64,000 nucleotides of DNA from Eledone cirrhosa (GCA_964016885.1 OZ024755.1:2542001-2606000), one strand, 5' to 3'; counted from the stretch's first letter, positions 14,980-29,029 are shown. The notes: generated from the letters alone by a model not told the origin. Made by a program: numbers and translations.

Positions 14980-15700
14980 ATGTCTTTTCAGAGCGTGTGA
15001 GTTACTTGTGATTTCTTTTCCTAATACGGTTTGATGTGTTTTAAATGATTTTGTTGTTTGACAATGCTTTTTCAGATAATGAAATTGGCCCTAATGGTCG
15101 AACATTGTTAGGGAAAGAAAAAATATTTAACTTATTTCTGCATGTTCCTTCATATTTAGTATTTATTTCGTTTTGTATATTGCCTAATGGTATTGTCTTT
15201 GAACAATGTATATGTTGTGCAGAGCCTTTTTTTTTTCTTCCATTGTTTGTAGTTTATTGTGGTTTTGTATAGGAAAATGATATTTTATGTTGGATCTAAT
15301 GTATTGTTTATTTAGCATTAGTGATGTTCTTTCTGCTGTCCAATTGTGGTGCTTATTATCGTTTTAAGTCTAGTTGTGTGCCGTTTGCTTTCTTTACTAT
15401 CTTTTCTATGTGCGCCGTGAATTTTGAGAAGGTTTTGTATGAACCTCTTAATATATTTGTCTTCTCTATATATTTATACTGTTGGGTGTGGTTGTTGGTT
15501 ATATCAATGAATACAGAATACACTGGTAAATCAATAGAGATTATACAAGAAGAGGTAGAACAACAGTTCAACCCGACTCCTTCTATAATTTTAAAACCTG
15601 TCTCAACACAGCCACATACCGAGAGAAAGTATATTTATTTATCACACACCTAACTACCATCATAGCAACCAATGACTCAACCTTTCCTCAGCCATCTGTT
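14980..15700 (-). mobile_element. Decayed Penelope-like element (RT thumb + GIY-YIG remnants), with a possible inverted RT segment
   Basis: Minus strand NNHTQQYK..NILRGSYKTFS (like S.HP...K) and a frameshifted TKR..NT..MKEH; plus strand 15510-15680 KTCLNTATY...LTTIIA resembles upstream PLE RT. Confidence 0.4.
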
Positions 15701-15984
15701 TAATATCATCACAATACACATGCGTAAATCAATGAACAAAATGGAAACGCTATCTTGAAACCGCGATAAACTCAGGTGGAGCCCCTGCCAACAAAGATAT
15801 AGATTAAAGTTAAAGGGGCAGCCTCTATATAATTATTCGAGCTTCTAGAAATAGCAGCCAAATTTCTACTAAATATTATCCTACTGCCTGAAAAAAGGAG
15901 TAGAACGTTGGATAATATGTAGATTATGTGGGTAATAAAAGCTTTGACGATTGGAACAGACTTGAAGCTAATATTATGATGAAA

Positions 15985-16172
15985 TGGTGGACTGGCAATA
16001 TCGATAGAGGGTCGGATGCCATGCTTTGCGGCAAAGAGTTACGGCCCTTGTCATTTTGAGTTCAAATCCCACCGAGGTAAACTTTGCCTTTCATCCTTAC
16101 GGGCTCGATAAAATAAAGTACCAGTAATACACTGGGATAATTGCTGACCTTGTGCCAAAAGTAGAAACAAAT
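15985..16172 (+). mobile_element. SINE family 1
   Basis: Full-length match to the 29970 copy. Confidence 0.9.
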
Positions 16173-16564
16173 ATTATGATGAAATAACGATGAGAACAGC
16201 ATTATCAATTATATCTCATATTAGCTTAATCAATTTAGGAGTGTTTCACCATTTCGTAGAGAGTTAACGTCTTCGTATTAAATATGTCGGTGCCAGTTCT
16301 TTCTTATCATATGCATGAGAAATATGTAATTTTCTCTGTTCATACGCTTGTATGCATTGATAGATATATTAGGAAACATACATATTCACGGTAGCAGAAA
16401 ACCCCCCAGAGGGTGGTATTTCTGATCGTAAATATATAATTACATAAAAATCCACAATAATTTATAAACGATATCGGTTAAGGAATATGAAAGTATATAT
16501 ATATGAATCCACGAGCCATTTCAGCTCAAATGACTGATATTCATTAAATTGAAATTACGAATCG

Positions 16565-16800
16565 GATATCCAAGGGATTTGTTGAACATATTGCATATAA
16601 GCATTATAGTATTTGGTTGTTTGGGTTTTAATAGACAGGATTTTCAAACAGAAGAAAGGAGGACCTTACAGATATTCTGTACATTTCCCGACTTTTATAC
16701 ACAACCTTGACAAAGAGCAATAAACCTGAAACAATTGTCGATCGTTTCTTTGATCTACAGCTAGAACAAGAGGATGACAATATTCGTCTAAAACACAGCG
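16565..16800 (+). mobile_element. Possible decayed Penelope-like RT fragment
   Basis: Frameshifted DLLNILHI...GFN / DRIFKQKKGGP...FIHNLDKE / EDDNI resembles PLE RT motifs B-C. Confidence 0.3.
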
Positions 16801-16862
16801 TTATGAAGCCAGTTGCTTGCAAACGAATCGAATATTATAATTATTATTTAATATTATTTGAG

Positions 16863-17053
16863 GGGCGGTGGATTGGCAATATCGGTAGAGGGTCGGACGC
16901 CAAGCTTTGACGCATAGAGTTACAGCCCTTGCGATTCTGAGTTCAAATCCCTCCGAGGTTAACTTTGCCTTTCATCCTTACGGAGGTTGATAAAATAAAG
17001 TACCAGTAATGCACTGGGATAATTGCTGGCCTGGTGCCAAAAGTAGAAACAAT
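16863..17053 (+). mobile_element. SINE family 1
   Basis: Full-length match to the 29970 copy. Confidence 0.9.
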
Positions 17054-17256
17054 TATTATTATTTGATATAAATGTAATATGTAAATCTTTACTCGTTTGA
17101 TGTTTTCTGTTACTAACTTCTGGAGATGGAGCTGTGTTTCATGTAGAGAAACCACTTTCCTTATTTAAACAATTATGACATAGAATTATAAGAATTGTAA
17201 ATAAACAACACTCTTAAGTGGTAGTTCATCAGATAAACACTGAACAGGAGGATAAT

Positions 17257-17588
17257 GGTTTTTTTTTTATTTGACTGATAAAATGACAAGTCAGTCAATC
17301 ATATTGCCCCCCCCCCCCCCTCAACAGCCCCGCCGGACAGAATGGAGAAGGCGTTTTCCCGGAGAACGGCAAGGGAGACGCGCTGGAAGAGCCATTCAAA
17401 CTCGCGAGGCTCACACCTGCGGCTGGTCAGCTCAGCGCCTATGGTGGTGAGTAGTGGGGGTAGCCCTAGAGCCGAGGACACAAAAAGTCTCCACTGCTCC
17501 ATTGCCAAGGGTATAACCGCAAACCTGTCGGAGAGCGATCGGTATTTGAAGATGGAGACGCGCTGGAAAAGCCATTCCAACTCGCGGA
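17257..17588 (-). mobile_element. CRE-clade (restriction-like endonuclease) non-LTR retrotransposon 3' fragment
   Basis: KYRSLSDRFAVIPLAME...IGAELTSRRCEPREFEWLFQRVSLAVLRENAFSIL matches the CRE C-terminal pattern (KY..P.A.E..G...FQRIS.A..RGNA); followed by a 3' hairpin (TTGACTGA/TCAGTCAA), AATAAA and poly(A). Confidence 0.75.
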
Positions 17589-17964
17589 AAAGATATTTCA
17601 CAAAGTCTCAAGCAAACACACAAAAATATATACAAATATACATATCCACAGAAATCATAAAATAAATACACACACACACACACACATACAAATGCATGGA
17701 TACATACATACATATCTTTTACACACACATACATATATATCTGGTGTAAAATAAATCTGGTGTGACCAGTGGGTGTTGAGCAATTTATTAAGATCTATTA
17801 AGAAAACGCATCTACAGCAAGTAGTGGAAAGCTATGTTAATTGTTAAATAATCAATGTGATGACACCAATGAGAGTTCTTCTGTTAATACTAACAATAGA
17901 ACTATGGATGTCTTCCACGACAGATGGAACAATACTCATGCAATGACACGCACATGTATATATG

Positions 17965-18480
17965 TTTATATAAACATATATATAAACATATATATAAACA
18001 TATATATATAAACATATATATAAACATATATATAAACATATATATATATATAAACATATATATATATATAAACATATATATATATATAAACATATATATA
18101 TATATAAACATATATATATATATAAACATATATATATATATAAACATATATATATATATAAACATATATATATATATAAACATATATATATATATAAACA
18201 TATATATATATATAAACATATATATATATATAAACATATATATATATATAAACATATATATATATATAAACATATATATATATATAAACATATATATATA
18301 TATAAACATATATATATATATAAACATATATATATATATAAACATATATATATATATAAACATATATATATATATATAAACATATATATATATATAAACA
18401 TATATATATATATAAACATATATATATATATAAACATATATATATATATAAACATATATATATATATAAACATATATATA
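17965..18480. repeat. 18-bp higher-order microsatellite AAAC(AT)7
   Basis: Regular period (MFIYIY repeats in the ORF track). Confidence 0.95.
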
Positions 18481-18921
18481 TCTATCTATCTATCTAAGGC
18501 GGGTAAAATTCCCGAGATCCATGGACGAGTTCTCTCCAGCAGTCTCTGTCCCTCATTATCGCTGCCATATCCTGCATCTCCAACAGACCAGTGTTTGTCC
18601 TTAGGGCATCAACATATGTTAACCTTGGTCTTCCTTTTCTAGTGTGTCCATGTAGGGGCTCCCAAAGGAGCACTGAGTGCAATGTCAACTCTGGATGTCG
18701 GTGAGCATGTCCAGCCAACCTCAGTCTCCTCTGTCACTTTTGAGCTGACTTTTGCTCCCATACAGCTCTGAGTTTTTCATCCTCAGTGTATACTGATTAA
18801 TGTTCAGAGCCATCCTCAGCATTCTCGTGTAGCACCCATCCACCATCTGAAAATCCGCCTCTTCATTGCTGTAGTGGAGTCTGTGCTGCTGTATGGGTCT
18901 GAGACTTGGACACTGACCAAG

Positions 18922-18925
<4 letters not shown>
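18481..18925 (-). mobile_element. RTE-clade LINE 3' fragment with inverted 5' segment
   Basis: Minus strand: DGCYTRMLRMALN...[35 protein letters not shown], stop, (TAGA)n tail. Plus strand 18846-18925: LKIRLFIAVVESVLLYGSETWTLTKS. Confidence 0.85.
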
Positions 18926-18964
<39 letters not shown>

Positions 18965-18965
18965 C

Positions 18966-19100
18966 GAAGGAAATGTGGTAAGGAACCAAGTGGACCATAA
19001 CGCACCGAAGTACTCAATACTTAGGGTAATAGAATGGGTAATAGTCCAGAATTAGCCGTCGAAACGGCTTCAGCTCAGCCGTCGAGGTCCTACTCGTTCC
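18966..19100. mobile_element. Family B short element (inverted tail + GAAA/stem/GTC half-hammerhead-like part)
   Basis: Homologous to 25059-25217, 31619-31725 and 49597-49657; contains GAAACGGCT tcagctc AGCCGTC. Confidence 0.7.
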
Positions 19101-19377
19101 TATATATATATATATATATATAGGAACTTACATACATACATGATATAGAAACACCATATAGACAGATAAATTACATAGGGACCTATATATTTGTGCTGAC
19201 GTATTTTCCCTTCAGCCATTGGTGAGTCTAGATCATCTCCTTTGTATACAACCACCAGAGCGTGAGTGGCTTTTTGTCTCCATTTATAAAAGAGACATTA
19301 ACCGAACTCCGATGAAAATGAATACTGCCTTTGTTATGTACCTACGGTGGGAAGTCCCTTGTTTGATGAGACAACAG

Positions 19378-19427
<50 letters not shown>

Positions 19428-19459
19428 TATCTATATATATATATATATACACACACAGA

Positions 19460-19510
<51 letters not shown>

Positions 19511-20166
19511 GCATGAATCTATATGTATATATATATATGTGTGTGTGTATGTATATATATAATATATATATATATATACATACACACACATATATATATA
19601 TACGCAGGCACATACATACATATATATATATATGTATTTATATATATATATACATATATATATGAACGTATATACACACAAAGACGCAGGCAAACACGCA
19701 CAACCACCCTCACACTGACAGCCAGCTACGTAGAAAGGTATATCAATATATGTTTAGTCGTGTCCCGCCAGATCAGTTATATGCACAACAAGCACTATTG
19801 GCATAAGAGTGGCAACAAAGGGGAATAACAAACTGCATGAGAAACAACTAGAATTAAGTATTCACACGCTGGGAACATTTATTAGAATCAATATAATCAT
19901 TGATTCTGCTCACTTTATAATACCTCATTTTCCTCTTCCAAATCCTCATCAACATGTTTGCAATTTTACATGTTATATATATATATATATATACCATGTG
20001 TGTATGGATATATATATATATATATATACACATATATGTATGTATATATATATATATATACACATATATGTATGTATGTATTTATATATATATGTATGTA
20101 TGTATTTATATATATGTATATATATAAATATATATATATATTTATACCTATATTTATATATGTATG

Positions 20167-20197
<31 letters not shown>

Positions 20198-20468
20198 GTA
20201 TGTATGTATTTATATATATATGTGTGTGTGTGTATACCCCATTGTTTTCCTATAACGAACTTCGTAGAGGTTTACCTGGAATAAGGCAGGTTATTTCATT
20301 AGCCATGTTACAATTCATGCATACTTATTATAAGCAACAAACACAAAACAATTTCCCACATGAACAACTAGCAGAGAGAGACAAACCATTGTTCGTGGTG
20401 TCTCTAAATTGGCCAATAATACAATACAAGCATAAAACCTCTTCTCAACAATGACACACAAATGCATA

Positions 20469-20509
<41 letters not shown>

Positions 20510-20535
20510 GTGCTAGGAAGCTAAACTGCCGTTAA

Positions 20536-20611
<76 letters not shown>

Positions 20612-20909
20612 TGTATATATCAACACTGATAGTAATATAAATAAATAAATAGATTTAGTATGAGAAAGGTTTCTGACGTGCTTATGAATGATTCAAAACA
20701 TACTTGGAAGTAATCATAATAATTTGATGATGCTCTTGTGTTTTTTTCAAGAGCCACCTCTGTAGTCAACATCCACCAGAAATATATGATTAATAGCCTA
20801 TGGCGATTAATACCTTTTTTCTTCCTTCTCCCCCTCTCTCTCTCACTCACTCTCTCACTCACTCTCTCTCTCACACACACACAAACACACACATGCACAC
20901 ACATAGTCA

Positions 20910-21132
20910 TACGAGGGTCAGTTGCCATGTTCATAGGCTGCAAGGTTCATAGATTGACCAAGATACTCTCATGGAATGACCAAATGTGGTATCGTTTTTG
21001 ACGTAGTCCCTTCCCTGGAAAGAAACAATCCAGTTACGAATAAGAAACGTTGGAAGTAATGCTTGCAAGATTTCACACCTCTAGCATCACACCTTCATAG
21101 TTATCCTATGAGCCTTTCAGCCAACCCTCGTA
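20910..21132. mobile_element. Non-autonomous mariner-type element
   Basis: Termini TACGAGGGT...TTCATAGG and CCTATGAG..TTTCAGCCAACCCTCGTA form TIRs with terminal TA. Confidence 0.7.
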
Positions 21133-21312
21133 CACATATACATCACCCCCAACGTTCTTATTTCAGATAAAGGAAAATAGCCCTAAACCTAACTAGGTTC
21201 TGGTGGGGTATCTAATGTAGTCATCAACTACTCCACCATGAAGTAGGTTGTACTGGGTTACATGATAACAATATCAGGCGGAAACTTGACCTGGCCAAAG
21301 GGTTGAAAAATG

Positions 21313-21483
21313 ATAATTGTTTCTACTTTTGGCACAAGGCCAGCAATTATCCCAGTGTATTACTGGTACTTTATGTTATCGACCCCGTAAGGATGAAAGG
21401 CAAAGTTAACCTCGGCGGGATTTGAACTCCGACCGTAACTCTTTGCTGCAAACATGGCGTCAGACCCTTTACCGATACTGCCA
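21313..21483 (-). mobile_element. SINE family 1
   Basis: Reverse-complement match. Confidence 0.9.
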
Positions 21484-22301
21484 AAAAATGATAATATGGC
21501 TCAATATTATTTTTTGCTTTTTGAAATGGTAGGATGTGATTTGAGAAGAGATTTGTTTCTATTTTTAGGTAACGGGTTTAAAACAGAAATGTTTTCTCAT
21601 TGACTCTTCATTTGGTCTTGTTACTGATGCTTTTGATGAAGCCGATCGACTCTAGACATCCCATATCTTTTTAGCTATAGTATATCTAGCACTACATTAT
21701 CAACATACTCCATTTTTGAAAACGGCAGGGTTTGATTTAAGTGATATGCGACAGTTACTTCTAGAAGTTTAAGTGATCATTTTAAGCAGCAAACCCTAAA
21801 TGATATTCATTAGTAAATTGGTGTGGAGAGCGAGATATAGCTACGTGCGCCATGGAAATCAAACTTAATGATACACCATGTGTGTTTGTAAATGTATATA
21901 TATATATATATTTGTGTATGTGTGCATATATGTAATTATATATATATATAAGATGTGTGTTTAAATTGTACACACACATACAAACAAATCGTTTCCTAAC
22001 TCAGTCAAGTTTCTATAATTAGAAGATCACTTTCCAATCACAAGATTCTGGGTAATAACTTTACATTTATCCCTGTAAATAGTTATTTCTTCGGTCTTAC
22101 TCTTACATTTAATCACGTGTCATTTGTACATATATGCTGAACATGTATGCAATTATATTCTAGAAACGCAACATTCAAGTTTCTATGATTGTTCATATGT
22201 CTGTTAATCCTTGTATATATTCCTGAACACCATAATTTGTTACGCTCAACTCTATTGCCATCATTATTAACAGTACGGGTCCACTAGAATAACAAATATA
22301 T

Positions 22302-22828
22302 ATTTCTAACATTGGCCCAAGGCCAGAGATTTTGAGGGAAGAAGAACCTTGGTTAAATCGACCTTATTACTTTGTGGGAACTTTATGTATCGACCCTGGA
22401 AACATGGCCAGTAACTCTGACCATGACAGGATTTGAAATCATAACGTAAAGGGACAACTAAATGATTTCCATTATTTTTCTTTGTGAATTGGCGGTATCG
22501 GTAGAGGTTTGGACGCCATGCTTTCTAGCATAGTTACGTCCCTTTAAAGTCCGAGTTTACTTTGCCTTTCATCCTTCCGGGGTCGATAAAATAAAGTACC
22601 AGTAATGTACTGGGGATTTTCTGGTCTTGTTCCTAAAGTAGAAACAATTATTTTTCTTTAAAATGGTTTCTGATTTAGGTACAAGGCCAGCAATATTGGG
22701 GTAAAGCAAAGGCGATTAAGTCTATACCAGTGTGTTATTGGTACTTCATTTTATTGACCCCATGAGGATGAAAGGCAAAGCTAACCTCGGTTTGAACTCA
22801 GAACATAAATGGCTGTAACTAAATGCTT
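22302..22828. mobile_element. Cluster of three SINE family 1 copies (-, +, -)
   Basis: 22302-22455 (-, old), 22487-22651 (+), 22663-22828 (-). Confidence 0.8.
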
Positions 22829-23919
22829 TAAATTCTTACAATAATTTCTAGCAGATATGCGAATAGGGAATGTTACGTTTTAAATATAATTTTCAGTGTT
22901 AGTGTATCCTGAACTACATCATCAAATCTGGCCTGTTATTTAAGACGGAAGTGGGGACACAAATAAGATTTCTCAGCTAATTCTAGATCACGTAGACACT
23001 CGTGGAAGTGTGGAACAGTATTAGAAAACCACCGTAGGAAGCTCTCAAACATGACATCTTAAAGATAGTAATTATAAGAAGACTAAATATCCTTTGGAAA
23101 CTACCAACTATATTAGACAAAGGTTTACATTCATAAAACCCACTTTGTGTTAGAATACATATCACATGCATTTACTTCACTGCTTTAAGAGAGAAGCAAA
23201 GATGATGAGTTGGACATCTCTTGTGGCAACGACTAAATAAGCCATATATACGTACTTAAAGAAAAACAGAAACAACATCAAGTGAACTCACAAGCGATAC
23301 AAATTAAAAGTTCCCAATTTTACTCTGGGTGAAGGAAAAGAAGAGAACAAATGGAAATATTTTGCCGCACTTTACTTATAAAGTAAAACAACAAAAGAAA
23401 TTGCTTAATATAGAGTAAGTACGGGCAATGTTATGTTCAGTAGAGCAAAGCTTATGGAACTACCTATGAAATACTCAATTGTCTACGTTTATGTTATGTA
23501 TGGGACTACTCGTGCAGATATAACGACAAAAACAAAATCAATCATTTTGTCATACTACGAGCACCTAGCATTATTTATAATATGAACTAGAGCGATCAAT
23601 ACATTCAGTTGATTTACATCTCGTTGTCAAAGAAATCCATAAACGGGTCATCAAATAGATTGATTTAAGCATTGAGTGAGAAGAGAAATTGTAAGTGTCC
23701 AATTTTACATTTAATGTACGAGAGGTATATACGAGATATCTAAAACGTGGCGCCAAACAGTCTCCGCATATATGTATATACCCAGTTCATATATGTATAT
23801 TTCCACACACACACATATATATATATACCTACTCTGCACCTCCCCATGCATTGAGTACTCCCATGATTAGTGGTGTCTTGATCTCAGCATCATAGATTCT
23901 CTCTCTCTCTCTCATATAT

Positions 23920-23962
<43 letters not shown>

Positions 23963-23965
<3 letters not shown>

Positions 23966-24057
23966 GGTTTCCCCAAAAATATATACACACTTTGATTAAC
24001 TGTACAAGCAATATTTATAAGAATGCTGCTGGAGTGTGTATATACTTTTAGGACACC

Positions 24058-24060
<3 letters not shown>
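23963..24060. mobile_element. Tc1-like MITE
   Basis: CAGGGTTTCCCCAAAAATATATACACACT / AGTGTGTATATACTTTTAGGACACCCT imperfect TIRs, inside a CA/TA microsatellite. Confidence 0.65.
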
Positions 24061-24103
<43 letters not shown>

Positions 24104-24613
24104 CGCACTATGTATATGTGTTGTACCACACTGGACATATTCTCACTATAGGTGTCTTAAGATTAGCAGACGTTTGTATGATTTCACAAGATAATAAGTT
24201 TACGACTTCATTTACCACAACTAAATTTCATAACCCAAGGATTTATTCCACCTATTTACAACCAAATTATTACTTATACCTTAAACTGTTCGAAAGTTAA
24301 GCTATATGCAGCATATGCATACTTACACATTTATAAATACCTCGACGGCTGTTGCTTCATTTAACATTTAACTTACAAGAAATTTCCCTGGTTAAATTCG
24401 AGTCATTAGCTGACCTTGTATTGCTAAAAGCTTAAGGAAATCTAGAATTTAACGATGTTTCCAAAATAAAACTTCGTTCTTAAAATCCGTAGCTAAACAT
24501 TCTACGGCTCCATTTTATCCAAATATAGAATATAAAGCTAATAATTTCAAAATTTGCTCTAACCCAGTTACAAACTCCACCTCTCTTAGTGCCTCGTATT
24601 TTGTACACCATTC

Positions 24614-24663
24614 ATATATATATTTACACACACACACACACATCTATATATATATATATATTT

Positions 24664-24697
<34 letters not shown>

Positions 24698-24725
24698 TTA
24701 CACACACATATATATATATATATTT

Positions 24726-24778
<53 letters not shown>

Positions 24779-24905
24779 CACACACACACACATATATATA
24801 TATATATTTACACACACACACATATATATATATATATATTTACACACACACACATATATATATATATATATTTACACACACACACATATATATATATATA
24901 TATTT

Positions 24906-24937
<32 letters not shown>

Positions 24938-24971
24938 TTACACACACACACATATATATATATATATATTT

Positions 24972-25058
<87 letters not shown>
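24614..25058. repeat. Compound TTTA(CA)n(TA)n array
   Basis: Read directly from the sequence. Confidence 0.95.
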
Positions 25059-25060
<2 letters not shown>

Positions 25061-25217
25061 AAAAGAGTCCGACGGCTGAGCGCCAGCCATTTCGACAGCT
25101 AGTTCTGAACTCAGCCGTCGGGGTCCTGACTATTTTCCTATTACCCACTCTACTACCCATAGTATTGAGTACTCTGGTGCGTTATGGTCCACCTGGTTCC
25201 CCACTACACTTCCTTCT
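25059..25217. mobile_element. Family B short element, fold-back copy
   Basis: CCGACGGCTGAG...CTCAGCCGTCGG inverted arms, then tail GTATTGAGTACT..GGTGCGTTATGGTCCA..TGGTTCC; in (TA)n. Confidence 0.7.
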
Positions 25218-26035
25218 TATATATATATAGTCATAAAAACAAGTTTTCAATCTCTTTGCACAATTACTGAAAGAGACAGTGTAAAATACAGATTCAGTCT
25301 CACATATACAATCCCGTCCTCCCATTCCTACACACTTGTCCAGAAATACAACCACATACACACATACCCCCTAAACTCCCTAAGAATATACAAGCCCCAT
25401 GCATGTATATTCTTGCATGTATGAATATATACGTGTATATGACTATATACGTGTATATATTCTTACATGTAGAATGTAGAATTATGTGCAATGTTACTGC
25501 TTGTAGAATAATTGAATAAATATATCATTAAGTAATTATGCTTAGTCTCTTTAAAATTAATTTTACAGCTAAAAGCTTACATTGAAAGACCCTACTTTTG
25601 GCGGAAAGCCACAAATTGTTAGGGTGAATATGAGCGGACACAGCATTTGACAGGTGTGCGTAGATTTTATCGATCTCTCAATTATAAAAAGTAAGTAAAG
25701 TAGATCTCGGGATGATTTGTTCTCAGAATATACAGGTTTGTAATTGAACGTCTCAAACCGTTTAGAACCAATGACCTACTGGTAGCAACAACCTGGGTCT
25801 TCAAAATACAACATTAAGTTGAAGCAAAATTTGTATACCGAGAGTGACTTCTAAATTCCAGCAGCAATTAACTTTTATTACGTATTTTATTTTTGGCATT
25901 GTTTATTTTAAAAGGAAAATCAGAGAGATAAAATCTATGCAATAAATTGAAATACAATATATTTTCGTTGAATACTGAGTTCATCTTTTAAATCAGGTCG
26001 ATATTACTTTTTTCTTTTGACTAAGCTCAATAAAA

Positions 26036-26228
26036 TAATTGTCTCTACTTTTGGCACAAGGCCAGCAATTACTGTGGTCAGTGCATTACTGGTACTTTAT
26101 TTTATCGATCCCGTATGGATGAAAGGCAAAGTTAAACTCGGCGGGATTTGAACTCAGACCGTAAAAGTCCGTAACACAATGCTGCAAAGCATGGTGTCCG
26201 CCCCCCTACCGATACTGGCAATCCACCA
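26036..26228 (-). mobile_element. SINE family 1
   Basis: Reverse-complement full-length match. Confidence 0.9.
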
Positions 26229-26792
26229 CGTTGTGTTCTTAAGCAAGACACTTAATTTCGTATTACTGCCGATTGTGCAGCTAAGAGAAATGAGGTGTAC
26301 CAGTAATTCAAAGAGCTGGCTTTGTCATACATTCAGTCAAGCAGAACGTCCCTGAGAAATAATATAAGGGTCCACACGTGTGTGAAATACTCAGCACGTT
26401 AATTTCAGGAGAGGTCGACTCCTTTTTCAAACAATTGGATAACAGGTCGTCGGAACCGACGTAGATAGGACACGCACACATAACTGACAGTAGGACACGC
26501 ACACATATAACTGACAGATCAATATCCAATGATCCAGCTTGGCGTTGCGATGGTTTCATTTGGAATATGATTACATATAAAGAAACCCATATGAAGAAAG
26601 TATTCAACCTAAGGTTTATGTTTTCTACTACTGATGGTAGTTCTTGGCTGGCATAAATATATGCACCAGGCAATCATACACATTCACACAACCACATACA
26701 CACACAAACATAAATATATATATAGAGATAGATATATACATACATGTAGATTTATAAATATATATATATAAATATATAAATATGTGTATGTG

Positions 26793-26824
<32 letters not shown>

Positions 26825-26954
26825 TTATAGAGAATAATTTTGTAATTTTGTACACACACAAACACATAAGCACACACACATATATAAATATACCTATATA
26901 TATAGATATAGATATACACATATATAGATAGATATATACATACATGTATATATA

Positions 26955-27013
26955 TATATATATACATGTATATATATATATAAATATATACATTTGTATG
27001 TGTATATATATAC

Positions 27014-27044
<31 letters not shown>

Positions 27045-27372
27045 CATATGTGTGTGTGTATATATATATATATATATACATATGTGTGTGTGTATATATA
27101 TATAAATATATACATTTGTATGTGTATATATATATATATATATATACATATGTGTGTGTATATATATATATAAATATATACATTTGTATGTGTATATATA
27201 TATATATATATACATTTGTATGTGTATATATATATATATATACATTTGTATGTGTATATATATATATATATATATATACATTTGTATGTGTATATATATA
27301 TATATACATTTGTATGTGTATATATATATATATATACATTTGTATGTGTATATATATATATATATACATTTG

Positions 27373-27411
<39 letters not shown>

Positions 27412-27414
27412 TTG

Positions 27415-27446
<32 letters not shown>

Positions 27447-27450
27447 CACA
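26955..27450. repeat. Compound CATTTGTATGTG(TA)n array
   Basis: Read directly from the sequence. Confidence 0.9.
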
Positions 27451-27944
27451 AACATTATAGCGAATAATTTCGTAATTAGATGGACATGAAACAATCTGGA
27501 CAGCAATCTACCATAAAACATAATAAAATATCAGGAATAAGTTTATTGCTGGGCGAAAACCCTGATTAAATGAAGCAATAAAGGATTAGCTTTCAGCACA
27601 GCCGTACCAATGGGATATGATTTTTAAGGACTTGCAACAATAACAAACGATAAAAAAGAAACAATTGTAAAGAAAAAGATATCCGTTCAATGAAGGAGTA
27701 AATGTAGGAGATATCTCTCGCAGAAGAAAAAAAATTATGTTCGTGTCTTTTTTCTCTCAGTTCTTCTCCACTGCCTACACAGACACACAGAGGCAAACAC
27801 ACACTCGTGCAAACGTTAATGCACATGCAACACACACATATATATATATATAAATGTATATGTACATATATATGCATTCACACGTACATACACACGCACA
27901 CACAATATATATATATATATTATGTGTATGTAATTATATATCTA

Positions 27945-28009
<65 letters not shown>

Positions 28010-28370
28010 GGTAAACAGAAATAACAACACAATCGGGATGCATCCATTTTATGTGTATTTATACATACATATATAACGTATTGGTGTATACAGAGAGGAA
28101 GAATGAATTCATATTATGAGCTCCTATTTCATGAGTATATATTGAGTATATTTTTGTATCGTTTTCACTTGAAGAATCTGTATTTGCGATAGTGTTAGTT
28201 AGTGTGTGTGACATGAATATATATATGTATATATATACTGTAGATATATACATAAACTATGTATAATAAATTAAGCATAAACATATATACACACGTACCC
28301 TCATGCATGAACACCCATCACTTGCACACACACACACACTCACACACATATCTATATCTCTCTCTATATT

Positions 28371-28409
<39 letters not shown>

Positions 28410-28673
28410 GTACACGTACATGAGTACATACGTAGTAGAGGAAATTATATGTTGAGTAAGAAAGAAAATAGGGTAATATCTATGGAATAAAATGTAAAAA
28501 GACAATAATATCACAAATGTCGTGTGCAATGAAGAACTACTGTTGGAGAAAGTAAATGTTATGTCATTATTATTTGTGATCTGTCCTAACAGTCAAATAG
28601 GAACATATTTCTGAAACGTGTATCATTTATACAGATATTATGCAAGAGCCTTTTACGCCAAAATGTTATGTTA

Positions 28674-28997
28674 AGGCGTGCTGTGGCCTTTCACTGGTCA
28701 ATAGAATGTCTTAGTAGAATGCCTTACTGCTTTCTACGTTCAAATCCCGCCAAGATCAACTTTATAAATAAACAAATTATTTTTTTTAAATTAATAATGA
28801 TTCTTCCTTTATATCTGGCTTTTATCATTTGCACAAGACCTGCAATTTTGAGGATAAATGAACTGACTAAAATCGTCCCCAGTGCATTACTGGTACTTTG
28901 TTTTAATAACCCTGTAAGGATGAAAGGCAAAGCGGCCACAACTAAACGACATAAAGCATGTTGTCCGACGTTCTACTGATACTGGCAATACACCACC
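28674..28997. mobile_element. Convergent SINE family 1 pair
   Basis: 28674-28765 (+, head) and 28818-28997 (-). Confidence 0.7.
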
Positions 28998-29029
28998 CTC
29001 TATATATATATATATGTGCGTGCGCGCGC

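Noticed and set aside
17205-17235. Minus-strand CTGATGA (also plus-strand CTGACGA at 59915 and CTGAAGA at 13320, 43272)
   Set aside because: No properly placed stem II, GAAA and UH; expected by chance.
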